Shown here: piece by piece, positions 42,701 through 50,639 of the stretch
Position numbering within the stretch: the first letter of the stretch is position 1
Layout: the number at the start of each line of letters is the position of its first letter
From: Alphaproteobacteria bacterium
Lineage (GTDB): Bacteria > Pseudomonadota > Alphaproteobacteria > Bin95
Direction: 5' to 3'
Length of the DNA: 64,000 nt
Assembly: GCA_964291285.2 (NCBI GenBank)
Contig: OZ219786.1
Coordinates: 1,152,001 to 1,216,000 of the forward strand
The notes under the pieces: model-generated
Seen by the model: the letters and a program-made list of their open reading frames with translations, nothing else
Told to the model about the DNA's origin: nothing
Database searches by the model: none
Translations under genes and position numbers: made by a program

Positions 42701-42751
42701 TCGGACTGTGTACAATGGAGAGAGAAGAATATAGCGAGGAAATTATGTTAG
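36758..42751 (+). CDS. DUF4011 - SF1 helicase - PD-(D/E)xK/Vsr-like nuclease - DUF3320 protein (Hhe-type anti-phage)
   Basis: RWQRKLLDLSLRNRLL (DUF4011), GPPGTGKS, DEASQ, QGDERD, RLNVAVTRAR, SPFE..IECDG..YH; TTG start after AGGAG; lower GC. Confidence 0.88.
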   Translation: MPNSNPDIETSGEHTEPAVVTLRHRALQRVNFASAQNDVAIIEEISIDNPTDAALTDVRVTLRASPPIIREKTWTIDRIAPESQHALRDLSTPLDIERLRGLDEAEIGELEFRMEAQGLRTIVEKRRVELLARDEWGGVGDMAQILAAFVSPNDPAVARVLKDAARLLESAGRDGSMNGYQSGDPRRAYMLAGAIWSAATGLALNYAEPPASFEREGQKVRGPERVTREGLATCLDTTLFLAAAFEAAGLNPVVLFSQGHAWVGVWIVKKDFGNLTEPDVVAVRKATQAREFVSIETSLLTARPSISFDQAEDEGRRRLTEKRDPEFVMAVDIARCRAARIRPLASHQDADSSESDAIDETVPAALPPEPNFGSLPGEVSEEEPETPQGRIERWQRKLLDLSLRNRLLNYRDSKQTLPLRCPDTAAFEDELAAGKKFQGFSLQDNDPIRDRAVSPEEAQRIEEEVIRDAFERDQIVVPLAGREMENRLTTLYRRARSDMQEGGTNTLFLAAGFLRWKKKEGDTRSYRAPLLLIPVKLERRSAQSPVRIARHEDDVRINSTLVEFLKCDFALHIPELEGELPRDRSGVDVPRILGIMRQKVRDVAGFEVIEELALSTFSFAKHLMWKDLVDRTDQLRQNRLAKHLIDGAAETYPDMGMGDGSSIVPKEIDRRLAPRDLLTPLSADSSQLAAVLAAREGRDFVLVGPPGTGKSQTITNIIAQCLGEGKTVLFVAEKAAALDVVHRRLERTGLSDAVLELHSNKTDRKSVLAQLGRGWDRASGGSGEDWIDVTEKLKLSRDKLNAYVEALHAKGTQGFSAFDAIALVAQGEPPFKISFASKDAHDERSYKRLAELAAELGRTHGVVGGGPPIGLVVRQEFSNLWQREFLEATQSLRAALAELQRAERALACEIGLYADLKLQAERRARLKALASRAESEALDLSSVPNMPADRLSSLAEELTTNVKGLATESTKTIATYPLDAVRRMPLEQLDSGWREAQTKIWPASAFAKRKIRKLLQTYAETGAVDPGTDLKALFKMRERDTAIQESPLVSIAETGGRTDTNRSTEAVRQAIELRAALAALSLDVEDSTRFEAATSALATGSGETVLKALQDYLKAEKAADDGTHTFVRKDGISLDGASVADFAAGLEMVMAERTRLQDWTKWIKRSNEGSAAGLGSFVKALEDRQIEGDAEHAFKRAYAAWWLPLAMDARDELRGFTQWEHERVIETFRKLDETAAELAPVEVMRRIVHGLPVKESVPKKSELGTLRHQLSLERPSLPIRQLLTSLPETFGKLAPCVLMSPLSVAQYLPTHQASFDIVIFDEASQITTWDAIGAIARGRQTIIVGDSKQLPPTNFFGRANDDDEDLPEVERDMPSILDEAGAAGMPSHSLNWHYRSRDEALIAFSNNRYYDGRLVTFPAPFSGSDAIRFHKVNGTYTRGQGRINQDEAEAVAKAVKRHLTDWLTIPKDKRHTLGVITFNAEQQSLILDMLDDIRRNNEAFEWFFADDREEPVIVKNLENIQGDERDVMMLSVTFGPDLAGKFTMNFGPINGEGGEKRLNVAVTRARRELHVFSSIRAEQIDLGRTRAAGVRDLKAFLDYAERGPMALPASDEGSLGPAESPFEKAVADALGAKGWEVRTQIGVSGFRVDLGILHPDYAGRYLAGIECDGARYHSSATARDRDRIRQAVLEDLGWTILRVWSTDWFHSPSRVTDRIHCELVQRVEENRQARATVEVDEQTTEAELSENSGDSAEIVLSALPEPTHNLVAKEQDTDGTRKEEPLHPIGNLDGNPDTAHLSASKASSGENAIPITVAPIFQAAPGTASGPSFAESSTGTHQDDVIADADLFFDSNYVPVLHRLIRRIVDHEGPITLHRLARRVAQEHGWHRTGKRIQEQVRKHLRSVERHREFGTDFVWVPGSHSDRVPFRGLNGRPIREISRTEIAAVIDTHAHDLANEEDAILALSRFLGIQRLSKDARNYLSDCVQWREKNIARKLC

Positions 42752-43415
42752 TTGACTGACGGACAGAACGGAGCATTTAAGTCCGGTTCGGAAGGAACAG
42801 CCTCCGCGAATCTGAGCAATCGCTTTCCTGCTTATTCCCAAGGATCATCCTGCGATGAGTAGTTGATATGGGATGTGTTGTGTTCTGACGGCGCTGTGAA
42901 TGAAGCGTGGGATCATGGAGTTGAGTTGGTATCGTCGGTTGTATCGCCATGCGAAGCTGGCGAGATAGCGTTCGGCATGGTCGGGACCGAGCTTTCGGTA
43001 GGTTCCGGCGATGGCGCTCTTGATGTTGCCGAGGGTCGTGTTGACCCATTTGAAGGGGGCCATGCGGGCTGCCCGGCGGCCTGAGCCGGTGCGGATGGCC
43101 CGGTGGCTTGCGGCGATGCCGTCGAGGGCGTTCCAGCAGTGCAGGGCATCGGTGACGACCTCCGTCCCCGGGGCCAGCCAGCGTTTGGCGCCGCGCGCGA
43201 TCTCGCGCTTGCGGAAGCCCTTGACCGGGGCGAGCTTGACCTTGCGCGGAGCCCCTTCGGCGCTGGTCGAGACCGCCGCCACGAAGGGCGTCTTGCCCGG
43301 CGCGCCCCGGCCCCGCTTGCCGCCGGAGCGCGACCCGCCGAGATAGGCGTCGTCCTGTTAGCGACGGTTACAGAGCGCGCCTATTCGCTGACATTTTTCG
43401 GCCGGTTGCGGTTTT

Positions 43416-44288
43416 TCAGTTGATCTGTTGGTCATCGGTTTCGATTGGTTCGCCGGCTCGGTCGCGGATGAGCATGTCGTTCCAGTCCCGGTTGTCGAGT
43501 GCGGGTCGCAGCCGGACGATTCTGGTGTCGTTGCGGGCGAGGCGCCTTGCGGCGTGATCGCCGTTTGTGGTGGCGTCGTATGCACAGAAGATGAGGCGCG
43601 GGTTCCATGCCTCGATCCATTTGGGGACTTTGGTGGCGACGGCGCCGGTGGAGACGGTGGCGCATTCGGTGCGTTTTACCGGGCCGAGGTGGAGGGAGAG
43701 GATGGAGAGTGCGTCGAGGGCGTTGCCGTCCAGGATGACGGCGTGTGGCCATTCGGTCTCCCAGGACATCCAGAAGCCGCCGCCCGCGGTCGTTTTGCGG
43801 TCAGCGGTGACGGTTTCGATGCCGGTAGCCTCGCCGGCGGCGTTTCGGCGGACGAACACGGGGTTGCCGTGAGGGTCGGCATGGACCAGGCCGAGGTCGC
43901 GGCACAGGGTGACGAGCGCGTCCGCGAGGCCGCGCCGCTCGACGAGGTATCGCCGGAGGTTGGGCCAGCGGGGGTCCTTGGCCGGCGCCTGCCGGCGGCC
44001 GCCTGGGGGCATTGAGAGGTCGGACAGTTCGGCGAGGAAGTCGATGGCGTCCGGCGGGGTGCATCCGAGCGCATGGACCGCCAGTTCGATAGCCCCGGCT
44101 CCCTCCTCTGCGCGCAGATGGTCGTAGAACATGAAGCGGTTGATGGAGAGGACCGATCCTGGCCGTCTCCAGCGCACGGCATTGTCGGGATCGCTGCGGT
44201 AGCCGAGGGCTCGGGCGACGGGTTCGAGGGGATAGCCCCGCAGGCTCTCGGCCCGCACCCGCCGCTCGCGGGGGCGGGAGGGATGCAT
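43416..44288 (-). CDS. DUF3991/TOPRIM-like (primase-related) protein inside the IS21 element
   Basis: GAGAIEL..H; LRRYLVERRGL; VILDGNALDALS; FCAYDA...G; RLRP....DWNDML. Confidence 0.65.
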   Translation of the reverse strand: MHPSRPRERRVRAESLRGYPLEPVARALGYRSDPDNAVRWRRPGSVLSINRFMFYDHLRAEEGAGAIELAVHALGCTPPDAIDFLAELSDLSMPPGGRRQAPAKDPRWPNLRRYLVERRGLADALVTLCRDLGLVHADPHGNPVFVRRNAAGEATGIETVTADRKTTAGGGFWMSWETEWPHAVILDGNALDALSILSLHLGPVKRTECATVSTGAVATKVPKWIEAWNPRLIFCAYDATTNGDHAARRLARNDTRIVRLRPALDNRDWNDMLIRDRAGEPIETDDQQIN

Positions 44289-44290
44289 GG

Positions 44291-45085
44291 CTATGGCGAC
44301 GGGACCGGGTTCGCCTTTCCAGTGCTTTGCCCGGCTTTCGGTCCGCGCCGGCGGCGGCGTTCGGCGCTGCGCTGCTTCTGACGTTCCTCGGCTTCCTTGC
44401 GGCGCCAGGAGTCGCCGTCGATGGCGACGATCTCGGCGTTGTGGACGAGCCGGTCGACGAGGGCGACCAGGCAGGCGGCGTTTGGGAAGGCCTCGCTCCA
44501 CTCGGCGAAGGGGCGGTTCGTGGTGATTATGGTTGAGTTCTGCTGGCTGCGGCTTGAGACGATGTTGAACAGCAGGTCGGCGTGGCGGTTGGAGTAGGAG
44601 AGATATCCGACTTCGTCGATGACCAGCAGGTGCTGTCGGGCGTAGAAGCGCAGCCTGCGCTGGAGCAGGGTGTCGGAGTCGATGGCGGCGAGTTCGCCGA
44701 GCAGGCTGGCGGCGGTTGCGAAGCGCACGATGTGGCCTTCGAGGACGGCGCGGTGGGCGATATTGGCGGCGATGGTGGACTTTCCGACGCCGTTGGGTCC
44801 GACCAGTACGAGGTTTGCGGCCTCCTTGAGGAAGTCGAGGGTCATGAGGTCCTCGACGGCCATGCGGTCGCAGCGCCTTGGCCAGTCCCAGTCGAAGTCT
44901 GCGAGCGGCTTGAACTGTCCGAGGCGGGCGTCGGCGAGGCGGCGTTTGAGGCTTCGGGCGCGCTTCTCATCTTCTTCCCACGCGATCAGGGAGGCGAGCC
45001 AGTCGCGCTCCGCGACTTCGCCCCAATGGGCGAGGAGGCCGTGCAGGCCCAGCGCGCGGGCGCGGTTCATGAGGGTGTCGGTCAT
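44291..45085 (-). CDS. istB: IS21 helper AAA+ ATPase IstB
   Basis: GPNGVGKS, LLVIDEVGYL, ITTNRPF.EW and DRLVH; start overlaps the istA stop. Confidence 0.93.
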   Translation of the reverse strand: MTDTLMNRARALGLHGLLAHWGEVAERDWLASLIAWEEDEKRARSLKRRLADARLGQFKPLADFDWDWPRRCDRMAVEDLMTLDFLKEAANLVLVGPNGVGKSTIAANIAHRAVLEGHIVRFATAASLLGELAAIDSDTLLQRRLRFYARQHLLVIDEVGYLSYSNRHADLLFNIVSSRSQQNSTIITTNRPFAEWSEAFPNAACLVALVDRLVHNAEIVAIDGDSWRRKEAEERQKQRSAERRRRRGPKAGQSTGKANPVPSP

Positions 45086-46587
45086 TCTTCGCTGTCCTTT
45101 TCATGGTAGCCGGCCAGCCCGTCGTATCCGCCGAGATCGTGATCGCGCACGGCGATGTCGCGCACGCGCGGGTCCCTGGGCAGGTCGATGGGGATCGGCG
45201 GCGGCCTGTCCTGCAGTTCGCGCCGCCGTGTGAGGCTGAGGCGCACGGCATTGGGATGGGGGACGCCGCGTTCGAGGGCCTCGTCGATGGCGGCTTCGAG
45301 CTCGGCGGCGCCGTATTGGTCGAGCAGGCGCAGCAGGGCGGCGACGGTGGCGCCGATATAAGCGCCGCGGGGGGCGGCCTCGGCGATCAGGCGCTCGCTG
45401 TTGGGCGCGGCCTGGAGCAGCCGGCTCTGCCCGCGCAGGCTGCGGGCGTGACGCTTGCGCCTGACCAGCTCCTCAATGTGTTCGGGGTTCTCGATGCGGG
45501 CCGCCTTGTCGAAGCTGCGCGGATGGCGGGCGATGACCTCCATGCCGTCGAGGATGCGCACCTCTTCCAGCGTCGCGGCCACGGTGAGGGTGCGCCGGAC
45601 ATGGGTATGCGGGACGCTGTAGTCATTGAGGTCGAACCTGGCATAGGGGGTCTTGGCGATCCTGACCTCGACCCTCTCGTCGACGGGGGGACGGTCGTCG
45701 GGCAGCGCCATCAGGGAGCCGCGCTCGCGCTCGAAGGCCTCGCTCACGGTGAGGGAGCGGTCGTCCGGCCAGGGGCGGTCGGCGGCGACGCCCTCGCACC
45801 ACTCCCGGGCCTGGGCGTTGAGATCGTCGAGGTCACGCCAGGCGCGGGCGGCGAAGAAGCTGTCGCGCACATAGCGTATGGCCCGCTCGACGCGGCCCTT
45901 CTCGTTGCCTCGGGCGACCGCGACCGGCTTCGGCAGGAAGCGGTAGGCGCCTGCGAAGTCGAGAAGCCGGGGATTGAAGCGGATGGCGTCGCCGCGCCGC
46001 TCCAGCACGACGCTCTTCAGATTGTCGTACCAGAGCTCGCGGGGCACGCCCTGCCAAGCCTCGAAGGCCTCGACATGGCCGCGCAGGAAGTTGTCCATCC
46101 CGGCGTTGAGGTAGAAGCGCAGGAAGAGGCGGCGCGAGTGGCCGAGCACCATCACGAAGGCCATCAGCGGGCGCTCCGCACGCCCGATCCTCACCTTGCC
46201 GAAGTGGGCCCAGTCGACCTGGGCCTGCTCGCCGGGCAGGGCCTTGAGGCGCAGATAGGCCTCGGCCACCGGCCGCGGACGCTCGGGCGCGATCATGCGC
46301 CGGAAGTGGCTCTCGCACCCCCGGTAACCGCGCTCGACCGCCATCCGGTAGAGCCGGCTGGAGGGCAACTTCGGCCAGACCGCCAGGGTCTGGCGGACGA
46401 AGGGCAGGAACGGATCGATCATCGAAGATCTGCGCCGCTTCTCAGGCGTGGGCGCCCCGGCGGCCGCCACCGCGCGCTCGACCGTGCCGTGGTGGACGCC
46501 GAGCTGGCGCGCGATCGTGCCGATCCGCCACTTCTCGGCAAAATACAGCCGCAGGATCTCGGCCCGGGTCTGCTGGTCGATCGCCAT
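45082..46587 (-). CDS. istA: IS21 transposase IstA
   Basis: N-terminal HTH, PGEQAQVDW, YDNLKS, KGRVER and NDYSVP; RBS GGAG. Confidence 0.93.
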   Translation of the reverse strand: MAIDQQTRAEILRLYFAEKWRIGTIARQLGVHHGTVERAVAAAGAPTPEKRRRSSMIDPFLPFVRQTLAVWPKLPSSRLYRMAVERGYRGCESHFRRMIAPERPRPVAEAYLRLKALPGEQAQVDWAHFGKVRIGRAERPLMAFVMVLGHSRRLFLRFYLNAGMDNFLRGHVEAFEAWQGVPRELWYDNLKSVVLERRGDAIRFNPRLLDFAGAYRFLPKPVAVARGNEKGRVERAIRYVRDSFFAARAWRDLDDLNAQAREWCEGVAADRPWPDDRSLTVSEAFERERGSLMALPDDRPPVDERVEVRIAKTPYARFDLNDYSVPHTHVRRTLTVAATLEEVRILDGMEVIARHPRSFDKAARIENPEHIEELVRRKRHARSLRGQSRLLQAAPNSERLIAEAAPRGAYIGATVAALLRLLDQYGAAELEAAIDEALERGVPHPNAVRLSLTRRRELQDRPPPIPIDLPRDPRVRDIAVRDHDLGGYDGLAGYHEKDSEE

Positions 46588-46588
46588 C

Positions 46589-47023
46589 TCACTCCCTTCG
46601 CGCCGGGCGCAGGCCCGGATAGACCGCCCGGGCGCAGAACCGCCCGCAGTGATCGCAGCGGAACACTCCGGCGGGACGGTCGGGTCCGAAGGGCCTCCTT
46701 CCCGAGCGCCCCGCCGGCATGCCCGCCACAACAGGACGGCGCGGTGAACGGGTCAAAGGGTGATGCGTCACTTTCTGCGCACGGCGCCCCTCCTCAGGCG
46801 CACGGACGCGACGGCGCTCGCGGTAGCGCCGCTGGCGTTCGGCATGCTTGTGACGGCCCCGCCGGCTGTTCTGGTAGCGACGCCCGGCAAGGCGCAGCGA
46901 GCGCCGCCGCGCCCGGCCGCTGCACGGACGCGAGCAGTAGATGTTGCCGTGGTCGCACCGCCGGCACAGCACAACCTGGCGATGGCACGAAGCGCAGGTG
47001 AACAGGCGGGCGGCGTTCCTCAT
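46589..47023 (-). CDS. Cys/Arg-rich putative zinc-binding protein upstream of istA
   Basis: CASC, CRRC, CSRPC, CDHC and an Arg-rich helix; stop is 1 nt before the istA start. Confidence 0.7.
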   Translation of the reverse strand: MRNAARLFTCASCHRQVVLCRRCDHGNIYCSRPCSGRARRRSLRLAGRRYQNSRRGRHKHAERQRRYRERRRVRAPEEGRRAQKVTHHPLTRSPRRPVVAGMPAGRSGRRPFGPDRPAGVFRCDHCGRFCARAVYPGLRPARRE

Positions 47024-47979
47024 CGCAATGACCGATGAGAACGGGGTGGACCCACGCCCGAACGCCTACGATACTGCGCATACGGGCCGTGCCTTGCATG
47101 GCTTGCATGGCTCGGGGGGTGCGGCGCCGGTCGTTGCCACCTAGCAAACGGGGCCGGCGCCGCATCGTTCTCAGCAGCCCCAGTCTACCCCCTCGCGCAG
47201 CCCGGCGACCCCCGCCGACAGCGCCAGGACACCCTCCCCTCGGCAGGCGAAAATATCAACGCGACGGGGGCCGGCGACTCCAGTCGGGCTACGCCCTCCT
47301 TCCGTCCCCGGCCCCCGTCACAAACACCGCCGCACCACAATCACTGCGATCATCACGCCCCGCAAAAACGCGCAACGCCAGCAAATAAGCGCCTTTTACG
47401 ACCGTCACCTACAGTGTCCATCTCGACCCGTCCGTCGAGCCGCGTGTCGGCTTCGCGCCGGGCCATCACCGCCATGATTTTCTGCTTCATGCTCCAGGCG
47501 GTCGGCTGCCTGACCCCGAGGCGGCGACCGAGTTCCACCGACGAAATGCCGTTCTTCGCCGTCACCACAAGGTGGATCGCCGCAAACCACAACGTCAGGG
47601 GCAGCTTGGTCGAGTGGAAGATCGTCCCCGACGTCACCGAAACCTGCTTCTTGCAGCGGTTGCACTGGTAAAGCCTGCGCCCGGCAAGAATGCAGTGCCC
47701 CCGATGCCCGCAGGAGCCGCACTCGAAACCGTTCGGCCAGCGCAATCGGGCTAGCACCGCCCGGCACTGGTCCTCCGTGCCGAACGACGCTCGGAACGCA
47801 TCGTCGCTCAAGCCACGAACACGCGATGCAACCTTGAATGCCATATCCATGACCTCCCGATAACAGAAACCCTTCCAAACCTACAATCTCATAAGATGAC
47901 TCTCAAGAATAAGCAGGATCGGAAATTTCAATTCACTCGCCAAAACCTTCATGGTCTCTGCGTTCTGAGCCGCCCCGTT

Positions 47980-48260
47980 TGATGAAACAGGGGCTTGGCG
48001 GCTTCTGCTGTGGCAGGGTGGCTGACGGCGGAGGCGGGGACGCGTGAGCGTTGCTTTATCGGTGACGTAGTTCCCGACGCCAAAACTGCTTCCGGCGGTC
48101 GGATCCGCACCCCGTATTGTGCCCGGCCATTGGCCGTGGACGCGCGGCAAAACGAACCGCACCCGCATGGCGGATGCGTGTCCTTCCGACTGCTGTCCCC
48201 GCCTCCACCGTGGCGATGCCACATCGTGATCCTATGCGATCGTGGCGAGAGCGCGCAATG
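47980..48260 (+). ncRNA. Candidate IS110 bridge-RNA-encoding leader
   Basis: ~300-bp structured non-coding region directly upstream of an IS110 recombinase; boundaries are guessed. Confidence 0.35.
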
Positions 48261-48271
48261 AGGAGAAGAGG

Positions 48272-49138
48272 ATGAAGACGGAAGGCTTGCATGTTGTCCG
48301 GGCGCGCGCGGCGGGTCTGGACGTGCACAAGATGGAGATCACCGCGACGGTTCGCCTGTGCGAGGGCGAGGGCGAGCCGGTGGTCGAGACGCGCTGCTTC
48401 GGCACGCTGCCCAGCGGTCTGGAGGAGATGGTCGCCTGGCTGAACGACCATGGCGTCGAGGCTGCGGTGATGGAAGGGACCGGCATCTACTGGCAGGCGC
48501 CCTTCGCGGCCCTGGAAGCGGCCGGGATCGAGGCGATCCTGGTGCACGCGCAGCAGGTGAAGCAGTTGAAGGGGCGCAAGACCGACGTGGCCGACAGCGT
48601 ATGGCTGGCCTGCGTGTGCCAGTTCGGGCTCTGCACGCCGTCCCATGTGCCGCCCGAGCCGTTCCGGGAGTTGCGCGCCCTGAGCCGCCAGCGGCGGGTT
48701 CTGGTCAGGCAGCGCTCCACCGTGCGCAACCGTGTGCAGAAGATCATCGACCGCGCCGGCGTGCGCATCGGCGGCATCCTCTCCGACGTCTTCGGCCTCA
48801 ACGGGCGCAGGATCCTCGACGGCCTGGCGCAGGGCGTGGAGCGCGAGGTCATTCTTGCCTCGCTCACCGGCCATGTCGCCCACAAGCTGGAAGGGCTCGG
48901 CGAGGCGCTCTCGCTCAGCCTGGGCGACAACGACCGCTTCATGCTCGGCGACCTGCTGGCGGAGCATGACGCGCTGGAGGCGCGCATCGCCTCCTACACT
49001 GACAGGATCGACGGGCAGATGACGCCGTGGGAGGAGCAGCTCCGTCTGCTGACCACCATCCCCGGGATCGACCGCACCGCCGCCTCGACCATCCTGATCG
49101 AGATCGGACCCGATATCGAGGCCTTCGCCTCCAGGGAG
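48272..49138 (+). pseudogene. IS110-family recombinase, C-terminally truncated by ISAs1
   Basis: DEDD RuvC motifs GLDVHK, MEGTGIYW and KTDVADS; LTTIPGI; ends at the ISAs1 TIR. Confidence 0.88.
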
Positions 49139-50354
49139 CAGGGGAATCGCTTTTGAAGATTAGCTTTTAGGAGTTTGCGTTTTCGATTCACACTCCGGTT
49201 TCCGTATCTGGTGAGTTGGGGTGTGAGATGGAGGAGTTTTCGTCAGTATTCGAAGGAGTTACGGATCCGCGTCGCAGCAATGCGACGCGCCACTCTCTGC
49301 ACGAGATGCTGATGATCGCGCTGCTCTCGACCTTGTGCGGTGGGGAGGGATGCGCGGACATGGAGCGTTTCGGTCGGGCGAAGGAAGGGTTTCTGCGCCG
49401 TTTCATGGAGTTGAAGCACGGCATTCCGAGCCACGATGCGTTTTCGGACCTGTTCAACGCCCTCGATCCCGACAGCCTGCAGAAAGTGCTGCTGCGGCTT
49501 CTGGAGGACTGGGCGGCGGTTCTGGACGGCGATGTGATCGCGGTTGACGGCAAGTCGCTGCGGCGTTCCTTCGCCGATGCCGCGGCGCGCTCGCCGGTGC
49601 ATCTGGTGCAGGCCTTCGCCGCCGGGACCCGCCTGATGCTCGGCCAGGTGAAGGTCGATGACAAGTCCAACGAGATTGCGGCGATGCCGAAGCTGCTGGA
49701 GATGCTGGCGCTCAAGGGCCGGATCGTGACGGCGGACGCGATGCATACCCAGCGGGCGACGGCCGAGGCCGTTACCGCCAAGGGCGGGGACTATGTGCTG
49801 GCGCTCAAGGGCAATCAGGGCAGCCTGTATGAGGATGTGCGCCTGTATCTGGACGATCCCGCCCAGGCGGACAAACTCCAATCATGTCAGCATGTCGATG
49901 GCGATCACGGGCGCATCGAGACGCGCCGCGCCTCGGTCTGCCACGAGATTGCATGGCTGCGCGAGCGCCATGACTGGCCGGGGCTGGCCGCCATCGGCAA
50001 GATCCAGGCCAGGCGCGAAACCGCAAGGAGCACCAAAACCGAAACCCGCTACTACATCATGAGCGCGCCGCTCGCGCCCGAGCGCTTCCAGCACGCCGCG
50101 CGCGCCCATTGGACCATCGAAAACTGCCTGCACTGGGTGCTCGACGTGACCATGAACGAGGACCGACAGCGAAACCGCAAGGACCACGGACCCGAAAACC
50201 TCGCCCTGATCCGACGCCTCGCCCTCAACATCGCACGCCGCGAACCCACAAAAGACGCCATGCGCGGAAAACTCAAACGCGCAGCCTGGAATGACGACTT
50301 GCTCCTCAACTTGATCCGGGCCGCCGCATGACAGGCCCAAAAGCGATTGCCCTG
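49139..50354 (+). mobile_element. ISAs1-family insertion sequence
   Basis: 17-bp TIRs CAGGGGAATCGCTTTTG and (revcomp) CAGGGCAATCGCTTTTG; no TSD. Confidence 0.9.
49228..50331 (+). CDS. ISAs1-family transposase
   Basis: DPRR, GIPSHD, AVDGK, KSNEI, TADAMHTQ, LKGNQ, HGRIE and HW.IEN.LHW.LD. Confidence 0.95.
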   Translation: MEEFSSVFEGVTDPRRSNATRHSLHEMLMIALLSTLCGGEGCADMERFGRAKEGFLRRFMELKHGIPSHDAFSDLFNALDPDSLQKVLLRLLEDWAAVLDGDVIAVDGKSLRRSFADAAARSPVHLVQAFAAGTRLMLGQVKVDDKSNEIAAMPKLLEMLALKGRIVTADAMHTQRATAEAVTAKGGDYVLALKGNQGSLYEDVRLYLDDPAQADKLQSCQHVDGDHGRIETRRASVCHEIAWLRERHDWPGLAAIGKIQARRETARSTKTETRYYIMSAPLAPERFQHAARAHWTIENCLHWVLDVTMNEDRQRNRKDHGPENLALIRRLALNIARREPTKDAMRGKLKRAAWNDDLLLNLIRAAA

Positions 50355-50639
50355 GGGAATCGAGAGGCGTGTGCGCTGTTTGGAAGTGCTTTCTGAGCAA
50401 GGCATTGCGGAGGGTCTGGATTTTTCTTACCCCGTCAGGATGGCTGATTTCCGGGGTTTTTGCGGTTTGGAGGGAAAGGTTTTGTGGATTTCCACCCCAT
50501 GGCCGTGCGCGGGCTGGTTTTCGGGCGCGTCGCGTTGAGGCGCGGGACTGAGTAGAAGGTGTCGCCATCGGGCCTGCGGCCCTTGTTCCATCCACCGGCG
50601 CTGGTTGGGAGAACATGATGGCGACAGCGGAGAAGTTAG

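Larger units (their letters stand above)
43356..47413 (-). mobile_element. IS21-family transposon (4058 bp) with four genes
   Basis: TG...CA ends; ~40-bp imperfect TIRs (27/40); flanks GTCGTCC / GTGTCC (TSD with a 1-nt loss). Confidence 0.85.
42845..47850 (-). pseudogene. IS1595 (ISXO2-like) transposase split into 47414-47850 and 42845-43355
   Basis: N-part: Zn ribbon CGSC...CNRC, HSTKLPL, RVEMD; C-part: DAYLGG...GKTPF, TDA, YLASFAWRYNRR. Confidence 0.85.
42827..47917 (-). mobile_element. IS1595-family element interrupted by an IS21-type transposon
   Basis: TIRs CCTGCTTATTCCCAAGGATCATC and (revcomp) CCTGCTTATTCTTGAGAGTCATC; no clear TSD. Confidence 0.8.
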
